From a virus, in the IMG/VR virus record IMGVR_UViG_3300045988_175328, positions 160,001 to 224,000 of that record: a stretch of DNA of 64,000 nt. The stretch is one strand, 5' to 3'. Positions within the stretch are counted from its first letter, which is position 1, and each line of letters starts with the position of its first letter. Shown here piece after piece: positions 1 to 10,100 of this stretch. The notes under the pieces were generated by a model. That model had not been told where the DNA came from. It saw only the letters and a program-made list of their open reading frames with translations, and did not search any database. The translations under genes were made by a program, and so were the position numbers.

Positions 1-229
1 CAAGCTAACGGTAAAAACCTAAGTCTATTTAGATATGGAAATACCGTGCCAAGCCTCATGTTGAGGAAGGTGTAACGACTATGGATGATGAGTGTAATCC
101 AGTAGAGGAACCAAGGTGAAAGACCAAATTCGAAGCGCACGACAACCATTTTGGTTGAAGAGATAGTCTACTCCCCTAAGAAATATCGGGAAACCGAGGG
201 TATCAAGGAAAAAGAAGCAAGAACTAATG
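1..229 (+). other. 3' part of a group I intron (intron A) in the DNA polymerase III alpha gene; 5' end lies outside the window and the 3' boundary is approximate
   Basis: Core strings 'aagctaacggtaaaa', 'ggaaataccgtgccaagcc', 'gaaggtgtaacgacta', 'gaagagatagtct' match group I P4/P6/P7 signatures and are shared with the downstream intron at 428-771; end estimated by aligning its '...ctaatg' with '...cgaatg' of intron B. Confidence 0.75.
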
Positions 230-427
230 CCTATGCTTATTCGTTGCCATATCTATGGCAAGAAAAACATAGAAGGCCCTGAAGGGTGGGAGAACGATAG
301 CAAAGCTCCATGGTATGATCCAAAAGGTAAGTACGGACCTGAAATAAAAGGAGCTCTAGCTAACGGATATACCGAGGAAGAGATGATAAATTATTTTGAA
401 TATATCGATGGATTCAGCAGTTACGCT
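230..427 (+). CDS. dnaE: DNA polymerase III alpha subunit (DnaE-like), internal exon
   Basis: Frame of track ORF 227..430; '...YGPEIKGALANGYTEEEMINYFEYIDGFSSYA' directly precedes FNQSHAAAY encoded after the intron, matching the DnaE '..F.GYGFNKSHAAAYS' motif. Confidence 0.8.
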
Positions 428-771
428 TAATAATAGGGCGCATTAATAAAGAAATTTATTAATGAAAATGGGATAAACCTTTTTAGGGTGTCGATTTAAT
501 TGTCGGCTAACGGTAGAAGTTAAATAAGCAAACGACGAATACGCTTCCTAAGAGATGCTACGGTCCACATTGTGGATAGCAGCCAATACCGTGCCAATCT
601 AAAATCTTAGCCTTTAGTGATTTTAGCAGGTGTAGAGACTAACAGGTGAGTAGCTAAAACAATAAGCCTGACATGAACATCCCACATCTTAAATAGAGAT
701 GAAGAGATAGTCCGATACTCATGAATAACAGTAATGAGAGTATGAGATAAAGAGCTCATATGTAACGAATG
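428..771 (+). other. Group I intron (intron B, 344 nt) in dnaE-like gene, no intron ORF
   Basis: Removing 428-771 joins ..GFSSYA to FNQSHAAAY in frame; intron ends in G; exon '..CGCT' can pair with intron 'GGCG' with a U.G at the splice site; contains 'aataccgtgcc', 'gtagagacta', 'gaagagatagtcc'. Confidence 0.85.
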
Positions 772-1566
772 TTTAATCAGTCACATGCTGCCGCATATTC
801 ATATAATACATTTCTTACAGCATGGTTAAAGTATTATTATCCGGCCGAATTCTTTGCGGCTCATCTTTCTATGCAAGATACAAAAGATCTTTATAAATAT
901 TTACCGATCGTAAGGAAAGCTGGTATCGAAATAAAATGTCCAGATATTAATAAATCTGGAGAGAACTTTTTGCCACAAGGTAAAAGTATTTTATTCGGCT
1001 TAGGCAGTGTCAATACAATTGGAGGGAAGGCGTTAAATGCTATTATGACGAACCGCCCATTCTCTTCGATTGAAGATCTTGATAGTAAGGTATCTGGCCG
1101 TGAATTAAATAAAAGAAGTATTAATTATTTAATTCAGGCTGGTGCTTTTGATTTTGAAGATGCAAACCGAAAGGTAGTTGCTAATAAATTTGCTGATCTT
1201 CGTAAAGATACTAAAATATATCTTGAAGAACCTATGACCGAAAAAGAATACATGGAGATGGAAAGTAACAGTATTGGATTCCCTGTAACATATCTTCCAG
1301 AATGGTATCATCTTGAACTAGGAGACACTCCTTTCTTCAAGATAAAAGTAGCTGCTGTTAATGAACGAAATGATCGTTCTGGTAATTTAATGGCGTTTTT
1401 AGAACTTGATGTTGGAGGCGGCGTACTAATCGATGCCGTAGCATTTAGTTCTATATACACTACTAACTTAAGTTACCTTCGAAAAGATAGCGAGATATTT
1501 GTATCCGGCAAAAAAGATAGTGAATCTAAATTTGTTCTTAAAAAAATAAGTCTTACTGGTGAGTAA
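772..1566 (+). CDS. dnaE: DNA polymerase III alpha subunit (DnaE-like), C-terminal exon
   Basis: FNQSHAAAYSYNTFLTAWLKYYYPAEFFAAHLS... FGLGSVNTIGGKAL.. NKRSINYLIQAGAFD: canonical DnaE finger/HhH region. Track ORF start at 769 is in the intron. Confidence 0.9.
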   Translation, partial: FNQSHAAAYSYNTFLTAWLKYYYPAEFFAAHLSMQDTKDLYKYLPIVRKAGIEIKCPDINKSGENFLPQGKSILFGLGSVNTIGGKALNAIMTNRPFSSIEDLDSKVSGRELNKRSINYLIQAGAFDFEDANRKVVANKFADLRKDTKIYLEEPMTEKEYMEMESNSIGFPVTYLPEWYHLELGDTPFFKIKVAAVNERNDRSGNLMAFLELDVGGGVLIDAVAFSSIYTTNLSYLRKDSEIFVSGKKDSESKFVLKKISLTGE

Positions 1567-1567
1567 T

Positions 1568-1620
1568 AAAAGAACCGTGGAAATATATGCTTTTAAGCGT
1601 AGACTTCCACGGTTCTTTCT
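1568..1620 (+). terminator. Rho-independent-type terminator after dnaE
   Basis: AAAGAACCGTGGAA ... TTCCACGGTTCTTT perfect 14-bp stem with inner hairpin and U-rich tail. Confidence 0.75.
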
Positions 1621-1671
1621 GTAATATAGAATCGTTATTTTTAAAATTTAATTTTTAAAGGAAATTAATAT

Positions 1672-2409
1672 ATGTCAAATATAAAAGGAAATATTGTTGT
1701 TAACGATCCCGCCTCTGGCAATAATCGGGTCTTCAATCCTAAGACTGAAGCAAGCCAAGTATATTTTGCCGACGGCGAAACGTTAGAACAAAAATTTAAA
1801 AAATGGATTCCAGATCATGCATTACTATCTGATCGTGCAGGTACTGCTGATCGTAGTGATCTAAGCGAAGATACTCGTAAATTTATGGGGCATCCTATCG
1901 AAGATTTTTTAATGCGAGAAGAATTGCTATCTGCTATCTACAAAGCTATCGATATGATGGAATGGAAACCTAGTGTTGAACACCTTGAAGATCTAGCTGT
2001 TACTTATCCCAACGCTAAAGCTGGAGATCTTGCGATGGTTCGCGGTGGAGATCCTGCTGGAAGCATTTATCGATTCGATGGAAACCATTGGGTACTAGCT
2101 GTTCGTGCTGGCGAAACTGTTATTCCAAATAATGTAATCGATAAAATTAATAAAGCCTCTGTAATTCGCAAAAAAGAATTCAGCAACGCTGATTGGATAA
2201 AACAAGGCGACAATGATTACACATTATCGATTCGATTATTCGGCGCTGAAATTTTACAAGTATATGCAAGCGATAACAATATTAATAAAATTAGCACTAT
2301 TACTCCAGAGTATAATGATAATAATGTTGTGATTCGCAGCATCGAGCCAGAGTCTGGATATATTCTTTACTACTTAAAAGATGAGCCTATTACTATCGAA
2401 AGAAATTAA
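1672..2409 (+). CDS. Putative phage tail fibre/baseplate-associated protein
   Basis: First ORF of a contiguous fibre-like operon; 'ANVYFADGETLEQKF'-like segment and C-terminal beta-rich region. Confidence 0.5.
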   Translation: MSNIKGNIVVNDPASGNNRVFNPKTEASQVYFADGETLEQKFKKWIPDHALLSDRAGTADRSDLSEDTRKFMGHPIEDFLMREELLSAIYKAIDMMEWKPSVEHLEDLAVTYPNAKAGDLAMVRGGDPAGSIYRFDGNHWVLAVRAGETVIPNNVIDKINKASVIRKKEFSNADWIKQGDNDYTLSIRLFGAEILQVYASDNNINKISTITPEYNDNNVVIRSIEPESGYILYYLKDEPITIERN

Positions 2410-2411
2410 CT

Positions 2412-3224
2412 ATGATTAAATTCTTAAATGGAAAATCTACATCTCACGATATTTCAATAAAGATACTCGAATTATTAAAACAAATCGATGTCGTTAAACT
2501 GTATCCGTCAGACAACATTCTAACAAAAGGTTCTGTTAAGGATTACTTCGATAATTTTAAAGATAGAATAAAAACATTTAAAGATAATGTATCTAATAAT
2601 TTTGACGCTCTTAAAGAATATATTAATTCTAAGTTAGATCTATATCCTACAAAAAAAGAAGCAGATGCAAAGTATGAAAATCTAGCAAATAAAAAAGATT
2701 TCGTTAGAAAAAATGAAATTAATTCTTTTTTTAGTACTTTATTGCTTAATACAAATCAAACATTATCTTTAAATAATACTAGCGGTCCATTAATTAAAAC
2801 TCCAGATTTTTCAATGGAAGTTAGACCTAATTTAATTAAAATAAAAAATAGCGCCGGGAAAGATTTGTTTACTATAGAAAATGGAGTGTTTAAATTAAAC
2901 GGAAAAACAGTTCTTTTAGATAAAGAAAATTTAAGTACTCCTGGCTGGACATTATTGCCAGGATCAGTTAATATTCCTCCTAAAACAAAAATACCATTAA
3001 GCGGAATTAGCTTTAATGATCTGTTAATTATTTATAAATACTGGGACGCGGAAGACAGTAATGATCATCCTTTAGTTGCGCATATTCCATATTATTCTGT
3101 TGCTGGCGATAGGATTTTTAATCAACATTTGCTTTATAAAATTGAAGTAACAAGAGATTATATTATGGAGATAAGCGATATTAAAGCGTCTGGCGCTAAA
3201 TTTTTGGGGGTATATTATCGATGA
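2412..3224 (+). CDS. Putative tail fibre paralogue (family FF)
   Basis: 'NLIKIKNSAGKDLFTIENGVFKLNGKTVLLDKENL...IPLSGISFNDLLIIY' shared architecture with next ORFs. Confidence 0.5.
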   Translation: MIKFLNGKSTSHDISIKILELLKQIDVVKLYPSDNILTKGSVKDYFDNFKDRIKTFKDNVSNNFDALKEYINSKLDLYPTKKEADAKYENLANKKDFVRKNEINSFFSTLLLNTNQTLSLNNTSGPLIKTPDFSMEVRPNLIKIKNSAGKDLFTIENGVFKLNGKTVLLDKENLSTPGWTLLPGSVNIPPKTKIPLSGISFNDLLIIYKYWDAEDSNDHPLVAHIPYYSVAGDRIFNQHLLYKIEVTRDYIMEISDIKASGAKFLGVYYR

Positions 3225-4081
3225 ATTTAAATAATAAAGACGCTCAAAATAAAGAAATAATTAAGATACATGATTTTGTCGAAGAGAATGTCGTCCCAAA
3301 AATAGAATCTATTTCAAATATCGATCGAATTAATAAATTTAAAAATGAATATGGTTCTGAAATTAAATTATTTAAATCAAAACTGCAACGTAAATTCTAT
3401 GAATTTATCGATAGTTTAAATGTTAAATTAAAAAATATTTATACAAAAATTGAATCTGATAGACTTTTCATTAGAAAAGAAGATAAAGAAAATTTTGTTG
3501 ACCGATCTACAAAGTGGACTACAAATAAAACACAATTATTTAAAGATGGTGCTTTTTTAAATATTTCAGATCGAACAGATACACTCATGCTTTTAAATGG
3601 CGTTAAGTTTGTTTTAGACGGAAACAAAATAAAATTTATTAATCCTGATGGAAGTGAAATATATTCTTACGATCCAGATACTGAAACACAATATGTTCAT
3701 GGCAAAGAAGTTGTTTCTCTTACCGAAAAAGTAGTTTCTGGTGGATTATGGAAAACAATTCCAAATTCTTCGGCTGATCAATTGAATCAGAAGATAATGT
3801 TACCTAGTTATTTTAATGATTTAATGATCGTTTATTATCGAGGTCAAAATAGTTGGTATTGGCCACCAAAAGGTCCTCTTTATGAACAACTTTGTCGACC
3901 AGAATTGCCAATAAAATTCTATACAATTTATGGGAAGTTAGGAATTGAAGTGACAAAAGAACATGTTAAGATAACATCTAAAGGCCCAGGCATGTTTGCT
4001 TCTGCATGGCCAGAAAATATAGATGGAAACAAGTTAAGTAAAAAAGATGAAGTAAAAATCTTAAAGGTGCTTTATCGATGA
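3221..4081 (+). CDS. Putative tail fibre paralogue (family FF)
   Basis: 'GVKFVLDGNKIKFINPDGSEIY ... WKTIPNSSADQLNQKIMLPSYFNDLMIVYY'. Confidence 0.5.
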   Translation: MNLNNKDAQNKEIIKIHDFVEENVVPKIESISNIDRINKFKNEYGSEIKLFKSKLQRKFYEFIDSLNVKLKNIYTKIESDRLFIRKEDKENFVDRSTKWTTNKTQLFKDGAFLNISDRTDTLMLLNGVKFVLDGNKIKFINPDGSEIYSYDPDTETQYVHGKEVVSLTEKVVSGGLWKTIPNSSADQLNQKIMLPSYFNDLMIVYYRGQNSWYWPPKGPLYEQLCRPELPIKFYTIYGKLGIEVTKEHVKITSKGPGMFASAWPENIDGNKLSKKDEVKILKVLYR

Positions 4082-5157
4082 TTGATTTTTTAAAAACTAC
4101 ATTAGAACAAATAAGAGCCTTACGGCGGCAAATCTTTTTGTTTAACAAACTAGAAAGTATTGTAAATGATCGCGGCTCTTTTAACGTTTTCAATGAAGCT
4201 GCAAAATATTTAGAAAAATTACTTACCGATACTACTTCTGATTTTTCTGATCAAATCCAAAAACTTCGAGATAAGTTTAATAATGATATGCTCAATTATT
4301 ATCAAACTTCTGAAGCTGATGAAAGATATCTTCTCAAATCAGAAGGTGAAAATTATCTTAAATTTTCAAAACCATCGATGAATAATATTATAGAAATTAA
4401 TTCAGGCGACTCTCCCGCTATTGAATTCAAGTCTAGATCTAAACCATATTTTAAAATTAAAGAGATCGAAATTACAGGATTTCCTTTTAAAATTTTAAAA
4501 AATGGTGTGCCGATATTCGAACTTGACAATCTTGGAATTAAATCTAATAAGAAAACTATTGTTACTGAAGAAAATATGTCTTCTTTTATAAAAATGACAG
4601 ATTGGAAAATAGCACAAGTAAAAGATGGTCATTTATTCGAAATTCCTTCTGATCAATTTAATGAATATTGGATGGCTCCAAAGAACAATAACTGGACTAA
4701 CTCATTCTATGTTTATGTGAAAAATACTTTATCTATGGAAATGAATTCAACTGTTTTAGATGAAGATGTTACAAAAGAAGGAAATCTTCCAATGACAGGA
4801 TCTCCATATTATGCATTCTGGTATCCTCAAAATAAAGTTCAATGGGGTTCTGTCTTAGTTAAATATGAAAAAGCATGGGACGAAATGGAATGGAAAACAA
4901 GAACTGGAGTTCCGGCAGATTATGTTTTACAACCTGGCGAGCGATATGGAACCGAATGGAAAAGAAAACATAAATGGAAAGGATATCATCCATATGAACG
5001 AAGAGACTGGGTTGATTATCAAGTATTAAAAGCTCATCATCCTGGAAAAATAACATTTGATATACGAGAGCTTTATTCTCAACGACGAAAACATCGGCAT
5101 TCTAGAAATGAACAATGGGATTATGCTGGCGGATATTATGATGTATATTGGAGATAA
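4078..5157 (+). CDS. Putative tail fibre paralogue (family FF)
   Basis: 'FPFKILKNGVPIFELDNLGIKSNKKTIVTEENM'; overlaps previous stop by 4 nt. Confidence 0.5.
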   Translation: MIDFLKTTLEQIRALRRQIFLFNKLESIVNDRGSFNVFNEAAKYLEKLLTDTTSDFSDQIQKLRDKFNNDMLNYYQTSEADERYLLKSEGENYLKFSKPSMNNIIEINSGDSPAIEFKSRSKPYFKIKEIEITGFPFKILKNGVPIFELDNLGIKSNKKTIVTEENMSSFIKMTDWKIAQVKDGHLFEIPSDQFNEYWMAPKNNNWTNSFYVYVKNTLSMEMNSTVLDEDVTKEGNLPMTGSPYYAFWYPQNKVQWGSVLVKYEKAWDEMEWKTRTGVPADYVLQPGERYGTEWKRKHKWKGYHPYERRDWVDYQVLKAHHPGKITFDIRELYSQRRKHRHSRNEQWDYAGGYYDVYWR

Positions 5158-5160
5158 TAA

Positions 5161-5673
5161 ATGGATTTAAAAACAATAAAAGAATATATCGATGAACTAA
5201 AACAATCGATACAAAAATTAAAAACAGAACAAATTACTTCTCCAACATATATTGCCACCGATACTGTTCGTGAAAAGCTATTTACTAAAAACCAAACTAT
5301 TGAGTTTTTACGTTCCATTAAAGCGAAACTTTCAGAGATCTCAATTAACGATCTTTCGATTGCTGATAATTCTATTCGTAAGAGTAGATTCACTATTACG
5401 TTCGGTAAAGATCTTTTAGTTAATAACAATAAAGTTCTAACCGAGAATATGAGCCGCGTCAATAAATTTAAGTATTATAAGAAAGAAGAGCTTGAAAATG
5501 GTGAATATTATTTGCTATTTAATTTAAGTCCTTTCTATGAGCCATATTTACTGTTCTTTGCTGGCGATAATATCGAAACTAATTTATTTACAATCATTGA
5601 CCGTAAAATAACTTCAAAATATACATTCACTATTCAGAAACGGGAGAATACTACTATCGATGGAAATCAATAA
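5161..5673 (+). CDS. Putative tail fibre paralogue (family FF)
   Basis: 'FTITFGKDLLVNNNKVLTENM'; operon context. Confidence 0.45.
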   Translation: MDLKTIKEYIDELKQSIQKLKTEQITSPTYIATDTVREKLFTKNQTIEFLRSIKAKLSEISINDLSIADNSIRKSRFTITFGKDLLVNNNKVLTENMSRVNKFKYYKKEELENGEYYLLFNLSPFYEPYLLFFAGDNIETNLFTIIDRKITSKYTFTIQKRENTTIDGNQ

Positions 5674-6172
5674 TCAATTATTCGACCTAGTTTCTCTAGA
5701 CAAGGAAACTCGAGAACTTGAAAAAATATTAATCGATGATATCGATTTCCTTATGAGTGAATTGTCGAATAAATATAAACAAGAACACACATTTGATCAA
5801 GATACACTTCTTAAGCAAGAAGAAGATGCAATTTGTAATATCGATACATTAATGACAAATACGACAGAAGGAAATATCACTATTACTGATGATTCCTTAA
5901 GTATTGGTAGTAATGTATTATCTTCAAAAACATATAATAATAATAAATTAGTGTTTGATACAACACCAATTTTTACGTGGACACAAGTTCCACTTAATAA
6001 AACGATTCCTTTAGGCGAGTATACCGAGATATTAATTAAAAGTGACTTTGGCGACATTTTCTTGTTAAATAAAGCTGGTCACTATAAAAAAGAAACTTTG
6101 TATCTTGAAATTCTTGGCAACTACTTAATAATCGACAACCTATCTTTAATAAAAGGAGTCTATCTACGATAA
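5660..6172 (+). CDS. Putative tail fibre paralogue (family FF)
   Basis: 'FTWTQVPLNKTIPLGEYTEILIKS' C-terminal segment similar to neighbours. Confidence 0.45.
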   Translation: MEINNQLFDLVSLDKETRELEKILIDDIDFLMSELSNKYKQEHTFDQDTLLKQEEDAICNIDTLMTNTTEGNITITDDSLSIGSNVLSSKTYNNNKLVFDTTPIFTWTQVPLNKTIPLGEYTEILIKSDFGDIFLLNKAGHYKKETLYLEILGNYLIIDNLSLIKGVYLR

Positions 6173-6173
6173 T

Positions 6174-6704
6174 ATGAAAAAACTATCGATGGATTCATTA
6201 TTTACTAGACTTCAAAAATTAGCCGCCATCTTAGATGAAATTCCCGATAAAATCATTAGTAATGAAGACATTATTATCGGGAATGACGGCTTAAAGTCAA
6301 GTAATATAAACACGGACTATGTTCCGAAAACAGCTTTCGTCGATATGATTTCGGCGTCAAAATTAAATGCAAAATCACTCGTCGTAAATCACTTCGATTT
6401 CTATGATGGTGATATACATTTCGGTCCACACACATTACATATCGACGACGAACCTGTTATCGATGAAAAAAAAGTTGTCCTTGAGAATACTGTTAAAGAA
6501 ACAACTCATTTACTTCATCAATCGATACTTAATTTAAAAGAAGAACTCATAATTCTTACGAATCATGGGTTTTTTATTTTACCAAAAAATGAAATCGTCG
6601 ACAATGCAATTATCCCGAATCTTGGTATTATCCGTCTCATAGATAATGTGATTTCGATTCGAACCGATCGCGATATCGAAATTAAAGGAGCTTTTACACG
6701 ATGA
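6174..6704 (+). CDS. Putative tail fibre/structural protein
   Basis: Operon context; 'DLFTRLQKLAAILDEIPDKIISNEDIIIGNDGLKSSNINTDYVPKTAF'. Confidence 0.4.
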   Translation: MKKLSMDSLFTRLQKLAAILDEIPDKIISNEDIIIGNDGLKSSNINTDYVPKTAFVDMISASKLNAKSLVVNHFDFYDGDIHFGPHTLHIDDEPVIDEKKVVLENTVKETTHLLHQSILNLKEELIILTNHGFFILPKNEIVDNAIIPNLGIIRLIDNVISIRTDRDIEIKGAFTR

Positions 6705-7120
6705 AACATTTTATTGATCAAGCTTCATTGAACGAAACAAGTATTGAATACTTAGTCTATAAGTTAAATGAAGTCATCCGAAATCTTAATAACAAACCCG
6801 ATATTCATGATCTTGAGTACTGGGAAGATTATTTCTCTAAAATAAAAGCCCGCGAAGAAAATCTTACGTATGAAGATATTCTCGAAGGGCTTAAAAATAA
6901 GCCTAGCTTTAGCGAAGTACGCGAAGAAATTCGTGCCGAACTTACTAAGCTTATTGACGAAATTAACCAACGTATCTACCAGCCATCTCTCGAACAATTA
7001 CTTCGAGTTATCGGCGATAGTTTACAGGAACATATTCAACGAATGGCGCAACAATATCTTGATCGTTCAATCAACGATATTAAAGAACAATTAAGCGCTG
7101 AAATTATTTACTGGTCCTAG
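6701..7120 (+). CDS. Putative structural/coiled-coil protein
   Basis: ORF with operon context and heptad-rich C-terminus. Confidence 0.35.
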   Translation: MKHFIDQASLNETSIEYLVYKLNEVIRNLNNKPDIHDLEYWEDYFSKIKAREENLTYEDILEGLKNKPSFSEVREEIRAELTKLIDEINQRIYQPSLEQLLRVIGDSLQEHIQRMAQQYLDRSINDIKEQLSAEIIYWS

Positions 7121-7128
7121 GAGAACAA

Positions 7129-10100
7129 ATGCTTAAATCTAGAATCCATTTTGGCCTTTACGATCCTCGTAAAGATAGAGGTATTAATTTTAATGGTGGC
7201 AACGGTGGAAGTGTTACGCCATCTGCACCTACAACAGATTTAACTGACTTGTCTAATGCTGTTAAAGCTGCCGATCAAGCTGTTAAAGCTGCTGAACAAA
7301 AATTAGCAGAAACGAAAGCGACTGCTGATTCTAATAAAGAAAAAACGGCTGAAAATAACTCCTTAGCCAAAGCTGCTCAAGCTGCTGCTGATGTAGCAAA
7401 AGCTTCTGCAGAACTTGCGAAAGCTGAAGCAGCTGCGGCCAAGGCGAAAGGTGAAGAAGCTGTTGGTCTTGCAAATGCTGGCACAGCTAAAGCAAACGAA
7501 GTCGAAGCTAAAGCTCAAGAAGCTAAAGTTGCGGCCGATGCTGCTAAAGAAGCTGCTGATGCTGCTAAAGCTGCGATCGAAGAAGTCAAAGCATTAGCTC
7601 AAGAAGCTAAACAAAAAGCAGAACAAGCTGCTGCCGGTAATGCAACTCCAAGTGCTCCTGCATCTGATCCAGCTGCTGCTCGAAAAGCTGAAGAAGCGAA
7701 ACAAGAAGCCGCTGCCGCTAAAGCTGCTGTTGAAGAAGCTAAACCAAAAGTTGAAGCTGCAAAACAAGCTGCCGATGAAGCAAAAGCAAAAGCTGAAGAA
7801 TTAGGCCCTAAAATTGAAGAAGCCAAAACTCTTGCACGTAAAGCTCAAGAAGATGCTAACCTTGCAAAAGCTGGCCTCGAAGAAGTTAAACCTAAAATTG
7901 ATGCAGCGAAACAAACTGCTGAAGATGCTAAAACTAAAGCTGATGAAGCTAAAGCTGCAATCGACGGTCTTAAAGAAAAGAACGACGAATTAAAACAAAA
8001 AGTTAACGAAGCATTAACAGCTGTTCAAGGTCAAAACGACGGCATCTCTGAAGCTAAAACTAAAGCTGCCGATGCTCTTGGAAAAGCTAACGAAACTCTT
8101 CAAAAATTCCCAGTTCTCGATGCTAAAGTCGATACAGCAAAAGAAGTAGCGGAAGCTGCTAAAGCAAAAGCTAACGAAGTAGAAGCTATTGCTAATGCTG
8201 CGAACGAAGCTGCATTGGCAACTAATCGTGCTATCAGTGAATTAACTCCTAAAGTTGAAGAAGCTAAAACTCTTGCAACAGAAGCAAAAGAAAAAGCTAA
8301 CGAAGTCGAAGGTAAGGCTACTGAAGCTAAAACTGCAGCTGGTGAAGCTACAGCTAAAGCCGAAGCTGCCGACACTAAAGCACAAGGAGTTAAAGAAGCT
8401 GTCGACACTTTAAAACAAGAAATTGCAGCCGATAAAGAAAATATCAAAGCTACTTACTTACCTAAAACAGAAGCAGCTGCTATGTATCAACCTAAAGGTG
8501 AATACGTATCCTTAACAGAACTTGCTGAAAAGATTCGTGAAGCTAATGACGGTGATCTAAAAGCAACTGATGCTGACGCTAAATATGCGACTAAAGCTGA
8601 GATCGAAGCTCTTAATAAAGCAATGACTCCTGAAGCAGTCGCTCAAATTAAAAAAGCAATCCAAGTTCTTCAAGACAATCCTGACTTGATGGAACAAATC
8701 GCTAAGAAAGCGAATGCTGATACAGTTTATACTAAAGAACAAATGGATCACGATCTTCAAGAATTACGTAAATTAATTACTGATCTTGAAACTAAAGTTA
8801 AAGAACCAGGCGAAGCTCCTGATTTAACTCAATTCGTTAAACTTTCTGAATTAAGTGAAAAAGTATTAGCCCTTGTCGACTTAACTCCTTACTTAACAAA
8901 AGAAGAAGCTGAGCGTACATATCTTAAAAAAGTTGATCTTCCAGATATCGAAGCTATCAAAACTCAACTTGCAACTAAACTTGACGAAAGTGCATTGCAA
9001 ACAGTTACTCAAACTCTTGAGTTATTAGTGACTGATGTACAAGCTAATAAAGCTGACGTTCTTAAATATAAACAACAAATCACTGAAGCTAACGATAATG
9101 CAGCTGCTGCTAAAGCAAAAGCAGAAGGATTAGAACCTCGCGTAGCTGGTATCGAAGAAAAACAAGAATTTGTTAAACGTACCGTAATGGAAGCTTCTGC
9201 AAAAGCTGATGCCGCTGGAGGACAAATTCAATCTATTCGCGAGTTCATCGATAATTTACATGTTCCTGAAGTTAGCGGTTTCGCAACTAAAAAAGAAGTT
9301 GCAGGCAAGGCCGATAAATCTCAATTAGAAGCTCTTGCTACTAAAGAAGAATTAGGTGCTAAAGCAAATGCAAGCGACTTAACTTCTTTGGCAACTAAAG
9401 AAGAAGTAGCAGCTAAAGCAAACGCTTCTGATTTAACTTCTTTAGCCACTAAAGAAGAAGTAGCGGCTAAAGCAAACGCAAGTGACTTGACTTCTTTGGC
9501 TACTAAAGAAGAATTACAAGCTAAAGCTAATGCAAGTGATTTAACTTCTCTTGCTACAAAAGAAGAGTTAGCTACTAAAGCTAATGCATCTGACTTAACA
9601 CCTTTAGCGACAAAAGAAGAAGTTAATGCTGTCGATACTAAAGCTACTGGATTAACAACTCGCGTTGAAACTTTAGAAAATGCAACTCACTTCACAAAAG
9701 CTGAAGCTGATGAAGCATATCAACCAAAAGGCGAATATGCTCTTAAATCTCAATTAGATGCAATTGCTGGTCTTGACTCTGCAACTGTTGAAAAATTAAA
9801 AGCTATGCTTACCGATTTAGAAGCGAACGGCAACGTTGCTGCTATTGTTGAAAAACTTGGTAAAGTATACACTAAAGAAGAAGCTAATGGCTTACTTGCA
9901 GCTCTTGCTACTAAAGAAGAAATTGCTGATGTTGTTAAATCTCCAGCTCTTGCGGCTTTAAAACAAGAGTTAGAAACAGCTATCGAAGCAAATGCTACGA
10001 AAGAAGAATTAGCAGCTAAGGCAAACGCTAGTGACTTGACTCCTCTTGCTACTAAAGAAGAGCTTACTGCTAAAGCTCAAGAGTTAACAACAGTTATCGA

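Noticed and set aside
227-430. Independent 67-aa gene suggested by the ORF track
   Set aside because: It is an exon of the polymerase gene; start is at the intron 3' end and stop is inside intron B.
7599-8447. Minus-strand ORFs (7599..7826, 8100..8447) opposite the giant fibre gene
   Set aside because: Complement of Ala/Lys-rich repeats producing Ala/Ser-rich translations; no independent evidence.
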